In this document: piece after piece, positions 19,448 to 29,988 of the stretch
How the letters are laid out: the number at the start of each line of letters is the position of its first letter
Position numbering within the stretch: position 1 is the stretch's first letter
Sequence record: DRR378314_95
DNA length: 64,000 nucleotides
Direction: 5' to 3' (one strand)
Notes under the pieces: generated by a model
The model's input: the letters and a program-made list of their open reading frames with translations, nothing else
The model's database searches: none
Told to the model about the DNA's origin: nothing
Position numbers and translations under genes: made by a program

Positions 19448-20310
19448 GCGGCTTGTTTCAACCCCCGGATCGCTTCTTCGACTTCATTGAAAGAAGGGCG
19501 CACACGGGTGGGTGCATGGCGTCGCGCCACCTCAACACAAATGTTCACCGGATTTTTGTGAAGGTTTGACACCAGAACTTCGCCGATCATCGAATAGAAA
19601 TTGTGCTCTTCAAGCCGGATATGTTTCACCCGGGTCGCGAAAGGGCCGACAATTCCATAGGCGAGAAACACGCCAAGGAAGGTACCAACAAGCGCGCCGC
19701 CGATCATGCCGCCAAGAACTTCAGGGGGTTTGTCAATCGATGCCATTGTCTTGATCACACCAAGAACAGCCGCAACAATGCCGAGTGCAGGCAGTGCATC
19801 CGCCATGTTCTGCAATGCGTGGGATCCGTGAAGTTTTTCCTCAATCAGGCTTTCAAGCTGCTTTTCGAGAAGCTCCTCAACTTGATGAACGTTGTCGAAA
19901 TTCATGATCATTGAGCGAATGGTATCGCAGATCATTTCAATCGCCCGCTTGTCCTTCAGGATTTTCGGGTAACGCGCAAAGATATCTGAATCTTGAGGAG
20001 CTTCGATATGAGCTTCGATGTCGACCGGGTTCTTTTTGAGAACATTCAATAGCTCGTGCATCAGGCAGAGGAGATCCTGATAGTCGGATTTTTTCCATTT
20101 TGGGCCTGAGAACGCAGCGACAATATCGCCCCCTGCGTGTTTGATCGTAGTCAAATCATTGCCGGCGAGGAATGCGCCCGTGGCGGCGCCACCAATCATC
20201 ATCATCTCGAAGGGGAGAGAATGCATGATAATATCGAGGTGCCCCCCAGCCAGCATGTAGCCGCCGAAGACCATCACGACTGTGACGACAAGTCCTGCTA
20301 TTGCGTTCAC
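19444..20310 (-). CDS. motA: Stator protein MotA
   Basis: ADALPALGIVAAVLGVIKTM and GGALVGTFLGVFLAYG. Confidence 0.97.
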   Translation of the reverse strand: MNAIAGLVVTVVMVFGGYMLAGGHLDIIMHSLPFEMMMIGGAATGAFLAGNDLTTIKHAGGDIVAAFSGPKWKKSDYQDLLCLMHELLNVLKKNPVDIEAHIEAPQDSDIFARYPKILKDKRAIEMICDTIRSMIMNFDNVHQVEELLEKQLESLIEEKLHGSHALQNMADALPALGIVAAVLGVIKTMASIDKPPEVLGGMIGGALVGTFLGVFLAYGIVGPFATRVKHIRLEEHNFYSMIGEVLVSNLHKNPVNICVEVARRHAPTRVRPSFNEVEEAIRGLKQAA

Positions 20311-20352
20311 TTACTAACTCCTTGCATTCCTCCGCCATCGGCGGGGACAAAC

Positions 20353-21282
20353 TCAAATTTCGGCAATTTCTCGAATGACATCCTCAGGCACGGGTGCCTT
20401 CAGCTTCAAGGCTCTCTGCCCTTTCCAGGCGCCAAGTTCCCCTTGGCTGATCGGCAGTGATCCGCTCACCGTACCGGCGCTCAGATCAAGTTTATCCATC
20501 TTCGCGCCCGGCAGTGAGATGACTTGCCCGACCTTTATCTCGGCGCACTCACCAATGGTCATGCGCATGGAATCCAGCACTGCATCCAGCACGACTGTCG
20601 TATGCCGAACGCGCTCCCGCAGAACACCTCGTCCCGTATCATCCTGCGACTTGGGCCTGGCCGCATTCTCTTGAAAGGCCTTGGCAAGCGACTTGATTGC
20701 GGACAACCGAACTATGACTCCAATTTCCGGAGCGGCAGTTTCGCCTTCAATAAGCCAACTGTCCTCGCCGTCTCCATCTCCCAATTTGTAGGTCAGGTTG
20801 ATGTAAGTTGTATCGGCGTCGAATGGCTCTGCTGCACGGGCGATATCGATCAATTGCGCCGGAGCATTGGCATCACTATCGCTGGAGATAGAACAGGCCA
20901 TTCTTTTCCAAAGGGCGCGCGCAGCGCTCTCCGCCATCAGACGAAGAAACAATTCAGGGGCATTGTTCAGGCTAGACGCGCCCTGTCGCAAACGCTGGGC
21001 AGAATATCTCTGGGCACCCGCGAAGTTGATTGTCACCGCAGCAACAGGTCCGACATTATGCTCAGGGCTTACATAAGTGAACACGTCGTGGGCCGCGCTC
21101 GGCAAATCGGCCCCTACGAAAACCTTGCGAGAAATAAGGTCCGGCGTGGAAACCTGACCGTAAACTTCTTGTGTCCATTGACCAATGGAAGACGCCAAGG
21201 CGAGCCAAAGGGGTTCGCATTGGCGAATCGTTGGAGGGAGTCCTCCCCCTGCCCCGATCTTCTTTCGCAGCACAGACGACAC
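20353..21282 (-). CDS. Divergent FliM-like switch protein with C-terminal SPOA domain
   Basis: C-terminal VLDAVLDSMRMTIGECAEIKVGQVISL..GELGAWKGQRALKL, upstream of motA, no LSQxEIDALL motif. Confidence 0.7.
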   Translation of the reverse strand: MSSVLRKKIGAGGGLPPTIRQCEPLWLALASSIGQWTQEVYGQVSTPDLISRKVFVGADLPSAAHDVFTYVSPEHNVGPVAAVTINFAGAQRYSAQRLRQGASSLNNAPELFLRLMAESAARALWKRMACSISSDSDANAPAQLIDIARAAEPFDADTTYINLTYKLGDGDGEDSWLIEGETAAPEIGVIVRLSAIKSLAKAFQENAARPKSQDDTGRGVLRERVRHTTVVLDAVLDSMRMTIGECAEIKVGQVISLPGAKMDKLDLSAGTVSGSLPISQGELGAWKGQRALKLKAPVPEDVIREIAEI

Positions 21283-21441
21283 AACAAGCCTACATATTTA
21301 CCCAGTTCCGTCTGGTAGGAATTAAGTAATTTGGTTGCTGAATGGTTACTACGACCGTCTGAAACCCTGCGCCCAGATTAGCCATGAATTGATTCAAGCC
21401 TGTTAGGAGTAGTGTTCCAGAGCACCGGGGCAGGACTGATT

Positions 21442-22296
21442 ATGGTCGATAAAGCATCGACAGACGCGCAACCAATCATCATCAAGCGCAAGAAGGTGGT
21501 TCAGGGCGACGGCCATCATGGCGGCGCCTGGAAAGTTGCTTATGCTGACTTCGTGACTGCGATGATGGCGTTCTTCCTGCTCATGTGGCTACTCAATGCA
21601 ACAACAGAGGAACAACGCAAGGGCATCGCCGACTATTTCAACCCGACCATTCCGGTGAGCCGGATTTCTGGCGGTGGGTCTGATGGCCTGAATGGCTCTT
21701 CAATGTTTACCGAGGACACCTACGCCAAAATGGGAACGGGCGGCACGCGCGATGTAACGATTGACACGCCGAAGAAGGAAGCCAGCGCCACTGCGGCAGA
21801 TGCCAGTGCCGAGGAAGTCGCCGAAAACCTTCAAAATCTGCGGGCCGAATTGAATGAGGATGCCAAACAGCTTTCTGAGCACCTCATGATAAAAATGTCT
21901 CCCGAAGGGATGGTTCTCGAAATCATCGATTCCGACAGTTCACCCCTGTTTATGGTTGGCAGTAGCAATCCGACCCCTCTTCTCCAAGATTTGCTGACAT
22001 CGATATCAGGATCTCTCGATGCATTTCGAAACGACATCAAGATTGTCGGGCATACTGATAGCCTCCAATATCGACTGGATGCCAATTACGACAACTGGAA
22101 CTTGTCGACTGATCGCGCCAACATGATCCGCAAGCTCCTGCTGGAAAAGGGCATGAGGCCTTCTCGCCTCAAGGAAGTTTCCGGTCGCGCTGACACAGAC
22201 CCACTGGCTCCAGACGATCCGTCTGCATCCCAGAACCGTCGAATCTCAATCGTGATCCTGACAAATCAGCCGGACAAAGATGAACTCAGATTGTAG
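21442..22296 (+). CDS. motB: Stator protein MotB
   Basis: HHGGAWKVAYADFVTAMMAFFLLMWL, OmpA-like GHTD..NWNLSTDRA..NRRISI. Confidence 0.97.
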   Translation: MVDKASTDAQPIIIKRKKVVQGDGHHGGAWKVAYADFVTAMMAFFLLMWLLNATTEEQRKGIADYFNPTIPVSRISGGGSDGLNGSSMFTEDTYAKMGTGGTRDVTIDTPKKEASATAADASAEEVAENLQNLRAELNEDAKQLSEHLMIKMSPEGMVLEIIDSDSSPLFMVGSSNPTPLLQDLLTSISGSLDAFRNDIKIVGHTDSLQYRLDANYDNWNLSTDRANMIRKLLLEKGMRPSRLKEVSGRADTDPLAPDDPSASQNRRISIVILTNQPDKDELRL

Positions 22297-22314
22297 GGTT
22301 GTTAAGAACTAAGG

Positions 22315-22329
22315 TTATCGGCTTATTAA
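22315..22329 (+). promoter_or_regulatory. CtrA-like box upstream of flgE
   Basis: TTAT-cggctta-TTAA, plus GTTAA at 22301. Confidence 0.45.
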
Positions 22330-22375
22330 GGAATGCGCTCCACTGATAGAAATACATCTGTCGTAGGAGTCGACC

Positions 22376-23689
22376 ATGAGCATTTCTTCATCCCTGAATG
22401 CGGGCGTGATGGGGCTGAACTCGAATTCGAGTCGTCTTTCCGCCATTTCCGATAACATCGCCAACTCATCCACCTACGGCTACAAGCGTAGCCAGGTCGA
22501 TTTTTCGAGCATGGTGCTGCAACAACAATCATCGGCATACGCTGCTGGCGGTGTTCGCGTAACTGCCTTCAAGGATATCGCAGCGACGGGGTCCCTGATT
22601 TCAACCGGAAACGCGACTGACCTTGCGGTTTCCGGCCGAGGCCTCGTTCCGGTAACTGATAATACAGGCGTGAACTCTCTGTCGTCCGAACGCAGCCTGA
22701 TGCTGCTCCCTACCGGATCTTTCTATGCTGACGAAAGCGGAAATCTTCGCACTCAAAGCGGCCTGTTCCTGCTTGGATGGCCAGCCAACTCCGATGGCGA
22801 GATCGGTAATGTAAGCCGGAACAGCGGTACTGACCTGGAGCCGGTTAACATCGCCGCGTCCCAATACACCGCCTCACCGACGTCCCGTATAGAACTGGGC
22901 ATTAATTTGCCCGCTGACGCCACCACAGCTGGCGGCACGGGAGAAGCCTACACACTACCTATCGAGTACTTCGATAATCTGGGCCGTGCACAGACGCTTT
23001 CCATTGAATTCACCCCGTCGGTTCCTGCTACCGGATCCAGCAATGACTGGACTGTCCAAATTTTTGACAGCGCCAATGGTGATCCGCTGACGTCCATCGG
23101 CGACTTGGCAATCAGCTTTGCTGATAGTGCTGCCAATGGCGGTCGTATCGACACAGGCGGTGTAACTGCTTCCAATGGCGCGACATATGACGACGCGACC
23201 GGCACAGTGACCTTGAGCCTGCCACACGGAAACGTCGAAGTTTTCATCGGGCGTCCAAATGACAGCGCCGGCATCACCCAGCTTTCTGCCAACTTCTCTC
23301 CGACTTCGGTTAGCAAGGATGGCGCGCCCATCGGTGACCTTCAATCCGTCGAGATAGACGAGAATGGTTATCTGCAAGCCATTTACAACACCGGCTTCCG
23401 CCGCACTCTCTATCAGATCCCAGTCGGTGACGTTCCGAACATGAACGGTCTCAAGGCGCTGGATGGCCAGGCGTTCCGCGTATCCGCAGAAAGTGGAAAC
23501 CTCTACTTGTGGGATGCAGGTACGGGACCGGTTGGCAGCATCGAAGGCTATGCACTGATGGAGTCCACTACGGACATTGCAGCGGAATTGACTGACCTGA
23601 TCGAAACTCAACGCGCCTACTCTTCAAGCGCCAAGATCGTTCAAACCGTCGACGAGATGCTTCAGGAAACGACCAATCTGAAGCGCTAA
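22376..23689 (+). CDS. flgE: Hook protein FlgE
   Basis: ISDNIANSSTYGYKRS, IEYFDNLG, STTDIAAELTDLIETQRAYSSSAKIVQTVDEML. Confidence 0.96.
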   Translation: MSISSSLNAGVMGLNSNSSRLSAISDNIANSSTYGYKRSQVDFSSMVLQQQSSAYAAGGVRVTAFKDIAATGSLISTGNATDLAVSGRGLVPVTDNTGVNSLSSERSLMLLPTGSFYADESGNLRTQSGLFLLGWPANSDGEIGNVSRNSGTDLEPVNIAASQYTASPTSRIELGINLPADATTAGGTGEAYTLPIEYFDNLGRAQTLSIEFTPSVPATGSSNDWTVQIFDSANGDPLTSIGDLAISFADSAANGGRIDTGGVTASNGATYDDATGTVTLSLPHGNVEVFIGRPNDSAGITQLSANFSPTSVSKDGAPIGDLQSVEIDENGYLQAIYNTGFRRTLYQIPVGDVPNMNGLKALDGQAFRVSAESGNLYLWDAGTGPVGSIEGYALMESTTDIAAELTDLIETQRAYSSSAKIVQTVDEMLQETTNLKR

Positions 23690-23719
23690 GCCCGCCTTAG
23701 CTGAAATGCGAGCCCTGCC

Positions 23720-25168
23720 GTGAGTATATCCCACGCCATCAATGCGGCCCAAACCGGCCTGAAGGTCTCAGGCCTGCGGGCCGACGTTGTCGCTACCAAT
23801 GTCGCAAACGCATCAACGCCGGGCTATGTCCGGCGTTCGATCATATTAAGCGAAACATTGGTCGGTGGACGCACAAGCGGGGTCAGCTCTACCGGTGTCG
23901 TCCGCGCGACAGATTCAGGCCTCACGTCTGAGCGTATGACATTGTCGAGCAACGTCGCACAATCCAGTCTGATGGCCAGCACTTGGCAAGTACTTTCATC
24001 GCGAATTGGAGACGATGCGGAAGGCACTGGCTTGTTCAGCAAGCTATCAAATTTTGAGTCCGCCTTATCTGCTGCGGTCGCGTCACCAGAATCTGGAACG
24101 CAGCTGTCAGCGTTGCTCGACGCTGCAAACTCGGTCGTGAACGAGCTGAATAGCCTTTCTCAACTTGTTACCCAGCAACGCACAGAAGCGGATCGTGAAA
24201 TTGCCGATGGTGTGAACGTCGTGAATGCCGCCCTGAAGCAAGTTGAAGAACTCAATGGCTTATTGGCCGGTATGGATCGCACGACGGCTCAAGCTGCAGC
24301 ATTGATGGACGACCGCCAGCGCGCACTCGACACGATTTCGGAATACCTTCCTATTGAAGCAGTGCCTCGCGACGGCGGCACAATAGATGTCGTCACGAGT
24401 GAAGGTGTCTACCTGGTCGCCGGCACCGCAAAGCAACTTGAATTCACTCCTGGCAACGCGTTCGGACCAAACATGACTGTCGACAACGGTGCTTTGTCCA
24501 AACTGATGGTCGGCGATTTGGAACTTACCCCTGGGGCTTCAAGCTACGCGGCCGTATCCAGTGGTATGTTTGGCGCTCTGTTCACTCTTCGTGATGCCGA
24601 CCTTCCTGCATTCGGTGCCCAGCTTGATACGATTGCGAACGATTTGGTTAGTCGCCTGTCCAACGACGCGATCGATCCGACGAAAGTTGCTGGTGAATTT
24701 GGACTGTTTGTAGACACTGGCACTCCCGGCGATCCGGGATTGGCAGGGCGTATCGACATCAACGCTCAGATCGACCCCACTCAGGGTGGTAGCATCTGGC
24801 GGCTTCGCGATGGGATCGGGGCAGCGAGCGAAGGTCCTCCTGGCAACAATTCCATCCTGTCCGCGATGTCGGACGCCTTCACAGCAATCCAGTCGATGAA
24901 CGCCAATGGCATTCAGGGCAGCTTCTCAGCCACTGACCTCGTTGCACATGTCGCCTCCATGACAGGGCAGACGCGCATTTCACATGAAACCGCCCTCTCT
25001 GCTGCATCGACCCAGCACGATTTGATGATGGAGGCGGAACTATCCGAGACAGGTGTCGATATCGACAGCCAGATGCAAGATCTTCTGGCGATTGAACAGG
25101 CTTACGCAGCCAATGCCCGCGTAATCGAGATCGCCAACCAGATGCTGCAAAGATTGATGGAGATCTAG
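23720..25168 (+). CDS. flgK: Hook-associated protein FlgK
   Basis: ATNVANASTPGYVRR and TGVDIDSQMQDLLAIEQAYAANARVI. Confidence 0.95.
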   Translation: MSISHAINAAQTGLKVSGLRADVVATNVANASTPGYVRRSIILSETLVGGRTSGVSSTGVVRATDSGLTSERMTLSSNVAQSSLMASTWQVLSSRIGDDAEGTGLFSKLSNFESALSAAVASPESGTQLSALLDAANSVVNELNSLSQLVTQQRTEADREIADGVNVVNAALKQVEELNGLLAGMDRTTAQAAALMDDRQRALDTISEYLPIEAVPRDGGTIDVVTSEGVYLVAGTAKQLEFTPGNAFGPNMTVDNGALSKLMVGDLELTPGASSYAAVSSGMFGALFTLRDADLPAFGAQLDTIANDLVSRLSNDAIDPTKVAGEFGLFVDTGTPGDPGLAGRIDINAQIDPTQGGSIWRLRDGIGAASEGPPGNNSILSAMSDAFTAIQSMNANGIQGSFSATDLVAHVASMTGQTRISHETALSAASTQHDLMMEAELSETGVDIDSQMQDLLAIEQAYAANARVIEIANQMLQRLMEI

Positions 25169-25169
25169 C

Positions 25170-26150
25170 ATGGATCGTTTTGCCATATCTTCGGGTCTCA
25201 TGACCTCCACGCTGAGCCAGCACATCTCAGAACTCAGATCACAGATCGGAAAGACGTCTACCGAGGCAACGACAGGACGATATGAAGATTTGACGCTGCA
25301 TCTCTCCGGTCGAATCGGCAAAGCTATGCTGAGCCAGAAAGCACTAACCGACCTCACATCCGAGAAGGAGGTTCTGGACCTGCGAAGCGCCAGGCTCTCA
25401 CTCGTCCAGTCCAGCCTCACAACCGTACAAGAAAGTTCCACGGGTATTGCGGCCAGCATGCTCAGTGCAGTTGTTGGCAACCATGAAACGGAAATCGCAA
25501 CTGCCTCCCGAGACGCCAAAGCTGCTCTTTCAACGACAATGTCGGCGCTGAACGCGCGTTATGGCGAGAGATTCCTGTTTGCTGGGGATGCAACATCTTC
25601 CATCCCGTTTGCTGGCTCAGATCAACTGCTAGCTGACATCGAAGCGATCGCTCAAATGGCAACTGATGCCAACGACTTTGAAACCCAGCTCGACGACTAT
25701 TTCAGTTCTCCGACCGGCGGCTGGCAGCAGAACATCTATCAAGGCAATACCACGACTTCTGATCCCGACGGGGTGAATGCGGACCATGAAGCTATTCGCT
25801 CGCAGATCCGCAATTTGGCTATTCTGTCTCTCTCGGGTCCGGATGGGAGCATCGCAAACCTCGATGGGTACTCCGGCCTAATCGAATCGACGTCGCTCAA
25901 ACTCTCCGCGAGTGAAACAGCGATCACGAATCTTCGTGCGGACCTTGGTGTATTCGAACAGAGAATTGCAGATGATCTTGAAAGCCTTGCTGCAGAAGAA
26001 ACGATCCTGACGGCCTCCTTCAACAATCTGACTGCCCGCGATCAGTATGAAGCGGCGAGTGAACTACAGTCTCTGGAGACCACGCTCGAAGCCTCGTACA
26101 TGATAACCGCACGGCTGTCGCAACTCTCACTCCTGAACTATCTAGGCTAA
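25170..26150 (+). CDS. flgL: Hook-associated protein FlgL
   Basis: EATTGR, ALNARYGERFLFAG, DQYEAASELQ..LEASYMITARLSQLSLLNYL. Confidence 0.92.
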   Translation: MDRFAISSGLMTSTLSQHISELRSQIGKTSTEATTGRYEDLTLHLSGRIGKAMLSQKALTDLTSEKEVLDLRSARLSLVQSSLTTVQESSTGIAASMLSAVVGNHETEIATASRDAKAALSTTMSALNARYGERFLFAGDATSSIPFAGSDQLLADIEAIAQMATDANDFETQLDDYFSSPTGGWQQNIYQGNTTTSDPDGVNADHEAIRSQIRNLAILSLSGPDGSIANLDGYSGLIESTSLKLSASETAITNLRADLGVFEQRIADDLESLAAEETILTASFNNLTARDQYEAASELQSLETTLEASYMITARLSQLSLLNYLG

Positions 26151-26155
26151 TCACG

Positions 26156-27177
26156 ATGTTTTGGAAAACGCTCGCTCTCTCCTGTCTCGTTGCATTGACC
26201 GCAGCAACAAATGTCACAGCACAAACGCGCATACGCGACGTCGTGGATGTCGAAGGCGTTCGCCAAAACGATCTCATCGGATACGGTATCGTCGTTGGTC
26301 TGAATGGCACTGGGGACTCGGTCCGAAATTCTCCATTTACCGAAGATTCCCTCACCTACATGCTTGAGCGCCTTGGCGTGAATGTGCAGGGCGAGGACAT
26401 CAAGCCGAATAATGCCGCAGCTGTTCTTGTCACAGCCACCCTTCCCTCGTTCGCACGGAGTGGATCGACGATCGACATTTCCGTGTCATCAATTGGAGAC
26501 GCAAAAAGCCTGGAAGGCGGCACCTTGATCCTCACCCCGCTCAAAGGCGCGGACAACGAAGTCTACGCTGTCGCCCAAGGGAGCATCATCGTTTCTGGTA
26601 TTGATGTTCAAGCTCAGGCGGCGCGGGAAACGCGTGGCACGCCGACGGCTGGTGCGATCCCGAATGGTGCCCGTGTTGAACGCGAGATCGGCTATAATTT
26701 CAATCAACGAGACAGCCTGACCCTGGCCCTCCGCGATCCCGACTTCACAACGGCTGCGCGCGTGGAAGATGTGATCAACACCGCATTCTGGCAGACATCG
26801 AAAACCTTCCAGTCAGCGTTTCCGTTCCCGCCCGTATCGTGATCGATGAAAAGTCTGGAACGATTGTGCTCGGAGAAGACGTCACGATCTCAAAAGTCGC
26901 GATTGCTCAGGGCAACATCTCGATCAAGGTCGTCGAAAGCCCTGTCGTGTCGCAGCCAAACCCATTTGCAAGAGGGGAGTCGATTGCGCTGCCGCGGTCA
27001 CAAATCACGATCGGTCAGACTGGCAGCAAAAACATCGCCATGCTGGAGCCAAATGTCTCGCTTTCCGAGCTGATCGCCGGCCTCAATGCACTCGGCGTGA
27101 CACCCCAGGAAATTGCAGACATCATCCGGACGATGAAGACAGCCGGCGCACTACACGCCGACCTGATCATTCGCTGA
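26156..27177 (+). pseudogene. flgI: P-ring protein FlgI, split by an internal deletion and frameshift near 26782-26790
   Basis: Frame 1 is FlgI up to ..PDFTTAARVEDVINTAF (codon 211), then runs off-frame to a stop at 26842. Frame 2 from 26782 reads RILADIENLPVSVSVPARIVIDEKSGTIV..GALHADLIIR. The segment normally between them is absent. Confidence 0.85.
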
Positions 27178-27229
27178 ATCGGATCAACTCGCTCTCGCTT
27201 GAGCGTAAGCCGAGACAACGATACGCGGC

Positions 27230-28330
27230 CTAGTCCTCTTCAGGCTTGCCGATCTTGATCGTGCCATCCCGCTTGAGCGACATCAGCGAGAGAAGAAACT
27301 CTCGCTGGACCTTTTCGACCTTTTCAGGCGACATTTCCGGGACATCTTCAAGCTGCAGGCGGTATTGGTCTGCCAATCGCGATGAAATGTTGCTCAGAAG
27401 ATAGTCTGTGACTTCTCCACCGCTCGTCCGAAGACTCGCGAGCAACCGCGTCATCGACTCGTCACCCAGTTCACGGAAGACAACAGAGACAACCTCTCTT
27501 GGGAGAATCTCCGGCAAGCTGTCGATCGTGAACATGACCCGTTCAATACTCTTGAGTTTGCTCTCATGCGTACTGCTCAGGAATGCCAAAATCCGGTCGC
27601 GGCGATCACTTGGCACGAGGCTGAGCATTTCACCGATCACGTCCAGATGACTGTCGTCTCCCTCGCTCGCGCCCTCGGCTTTGTTGAGCAGTTCTATTTC
27701 CAGCATGTGCGCGAGCACGGTATAAATTTCGGCGTCCGGCGCCTCATCTTCCACGAGATGACCAACAACCGGGTCGAGCTGGTTCTCCTCGAGAAACCCG
27801 ACGATTTCGGACGCGGCGGCTACGTCGATCCGGCGCAGGATGAGCGCAATGATATTCGGCGTGAGGCTGCTGAAATAATCGGCCACTTTCTGTGGATCGT
27901 GGCGCTCCAGCTTTTGCCAGGTATCTGTGGCAACTTCCTCTGCACCAGATTCGACAGATTCCTCTGATCCGTAGATCTGCTGATAGCGGTTCTGGTCCAG
28001 CAAGTTCGCAATGATCTCACGCGCCTTGTCCTGCCCGCCCGAGAAGGAGCCACTTGCTGCGCGCAGCTCTCTCAGAAAGTCGACAGCAATCTCGATCAGG
28101 TCTTCGCGTGCGAGTGTGGAGATTGTTTCCAACGCCGTCGCGACTTGCGCCATGGTGCGGTCATCCAACCGTTCGACAATCGGCCGCGCCTCAGCCTCAC
28201 CAAGCATTGCGATCACGACCGCAGCCTTCTGAGCACGAGTAAGCTTTAGCGCCGAGGCCGGCACCGGCGGGGTCGCTCGTGCAACCGCTTGTGGCGTGGC
28301 ACCCTGTTTCATTTCAACAACCGAACTCAT
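27230..28330 (-). CDS. fliG: Motor switch protein FliG
   Basis: LTRAQKAAVVIAMLG, VMFTIDSL, YLLSNISSRLA, AQ/VQRE C-terminal pattern. Confidence 0.9.
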   Translation of the reverse strand: MSSVVEMKQGATPQAVARATPPVPASALKLTRAQKAAVVIAMLGEAEARPIVERLDDRTMAQVATALETISTLAREDLIEIAVDFLRELRAASGSFSGGQDKAREIIANLLDQNRYQQIYGSEESVESGAEEVATDTWQKLERHDPQKVADYFSSLTPNIIALILRRIDVAAASEIVGFLEENQLDPVVGHLVEDEAPDAEIYTVLAHMLEIELLNKAEGASEGDDSHLDVIGEMLSLVPSDRRDRILAFLSSTHESKLKSIERVMFTIDSLPEILPREVVSVVFRELGDESMTRLLASLRTSGGEVTDYLLSNISSRLADQYRLQLEDVPEMSPEKVEKVQREFLLSLMSLKRDGTIKIGKPEED

Positions 28331-29109
28331 CCGGCATACCCTCGCAGAAGTGCTTCTGTGATCTTCAACCAGCCATCCGCCAGAACAATGAACCCAACCT
28401 TAAAGGGAAGCGAAACAACGGTCGGAGGCACCATCATCATACCAACCGCCATCAGAACCGATGACACGACCAGATCGATGATCAGGAAGGGCAAGAAGAT
28501 AACAAACCCGATCTGAAACGCATGTTTGATCTCTGACAACATGAAGCTCGTCGATAAGAGCGCAAAGGAAGGTTCTTCGCCCTCTTCCAGCGGACGATTC
28601 ACTGCATCGGCCAGTACCGGAATGGTCTCAGGGTCTACGCGGGCCGTCATGAATGCGCGAAACGGCTCTGTTGCGGCGGTCCAGGCCTGCCCTTCGTCGA
28701 TGGCGCCATCCATGTAAGGTGAGATGCCGTTGTTCCACGCCTCCATGAAGGTCGGCTCCATAACGAAGAATGTGAGGAACATTGCGAGCGCCATGATCAA
28801 CATGTTGGGCGGCGCCTGTTGAACGCCAATCGCCTGCCTCAGGAATGAGAAGACGATGATCATGAATGGCAGACAGGTCGCCATCATGGCGATACCGGGC
28901 GCCAGACTCAGAACTGTAACCAGGACAAGGAGCAGGATGACTGACCCGCTCAGCCCCCCTTCCCCACCATTGGTCAGAAGCCCCTCGGGCACCTGTATCT
29001 GCGATGGGTCTATTTCTTGCGCAAAAGCGGCCCCTGAGACCGCGTAAAGAAACAAGAATACAATGACCCCGCCAAGAAAGCGCGGAATGAAATCAGGTCC
29101 CTTTATCAT
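28327..29109 (-). CDS. fliP: Export gate protein FliP
   Basis: LRQAIGVQQAPPN, SEIKHAFQIGF, GMMMVPP..SLPFK..DGW. Confidence 0.97.
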   Translation of the reverse strand: MIKGPDFIPRFLGGVIVFLFLYAVSGAAFAQEIDPSQIQVPEGLLTNGGEGGLSGSVILLLVLVTVLSLAPGIAMMATCLPFMIIVFSFLRQAIGVQQAPPNMLIMALAMFLTFFVMEPTFMEAWNNGISPYMDGAIDEGQAWTAATEPFRAFMTARVDPETIPVLADAVNRPLEEGEEPSFALLSTSFMLSEIKHAFQIGFVIFLPFLIIDLVVSSVLMAVGMMMVPPTVVSLPFKVGFIVLADGWLKITEALLRGYAG

Positions 29110-29419
29110 CGGGATCCTCCGCGATCTCCGTGATCTTCACTCCGATCCCGCCTTCTTCAGTCTCGATGAGTTCGCCACGTGCGATCAGCTTGTTGTCAAC
29201 CGAAAGCGACACCGGGTCTTCTATCTTCGCGGAAAGCGCGATGACGGAATCGGGTTTGAGATCCAGAATTTCTGCCACCGTCAGGCGCTTCTGACCGATG
29301 GACACGATCACGTTCACTGGGACGTTGTAGATTGATCGATACGCCTTGCCACCAGGAAGGACGTCTTCCTGCTGTTCAATCGCAATTTCATCCGAAGGCG
29401 TCATTTCGGGAATAGCCAT
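29093..29419 (-). CDS. fliN: Motor switch protein FliN
   Basis: NVPVNVIVSIG..ILDL..LIARGEL..GVKITEI (SPOA). Confidence 0.92.
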   Translation of the reverse strand: MAIPEMTPSDEIAIEQQEDVLPGGKAYRSIYNVPVNVIVSIGQKRLTVAEILDLKPDSVIALSAKIEDPVSLSVDNKLIARGELIETEEGGIGVKITEIAEDPDDKGT

Positions 29420-29421
29420 CT

Positions 29422-29988
29422 CTAGAAGTCCTTTTGAGGCGTTTTGTAGGATTGCAGACGTTCGAGGCAGGCGGCCAGAAGCTCATCAAACTCTAATGAC
29501 AGTCCTCCAGTCTCCCAAGAGACCTGAACGTCATGGAGCTCCGCATCCTCTGAGACCTGGACAATGCATGAGTTGGACAATCGGGGGTTGCTCTCGATGA
29601 TCTCAGTGAGCTGCTCCGCGAGTGGCGCTGGCGCAGAGAGCACCGCATGGTTTGGCGTGTCAGGAAGCAGGTTTGGAATCTGGCGCACGATCTCTTCGGC
29701 GAGGAATGCTTTGGAAAGTTCCGGAAACAATCGCTCAATGATCGCCGACACCCAATCTGCTGTTTGAGCCACGACCCGCTTGTTCGCCTGTTCAATTTCC
29801 TGCGCCAGACGGTTCAGCAACACTTCCACGTTTGGATCGATCTGAGCCGCTGGCTCCGGCATATCTTCAGGTTCGTCCACCTGAACAAGTTCTGGCTCCG
29901 CGACAACTGGATCAGGCGCTTCCGCAAGCACAGCTGGAAGGTCTCCACTGTCGAACCGCGGAAGATTCGCGAAAAGGGACTCACTCAT
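29422..29988 (-). CDS. FliH-like protein
   Basis: Lies between fliF and fliN, acidic N-terminus, helical middle, FliH-like C-terminal beta pattern (VQVSWETGG). Confidence 0.6.
   Translation of the reverse strand: MSESLFANLPRFDSGDLPAVLAEAPDPVVAEPELVQVDEPEDMPEPAAQIDPNVEVLLNRLAQEIEQANKRVVAQTADWVSAIIERLFPELSKAFLAEEIVRQIPNLLPDTPNHAVLSAPAPLAEQLTEIIESNPRLSNSCIVQVSEDAELHDVQVSWETGGLSLEFDELLAACLERLQSYKTPQKDF

Noticed and set aside
26839-27177. C-terminal FlgI piece as an independent gene or programmed frameshift product
   Set aside because: No signal peptide or RBS, homology extends upstream of its GTG, there is no slippery run at the junction, and a conserved segment is missing
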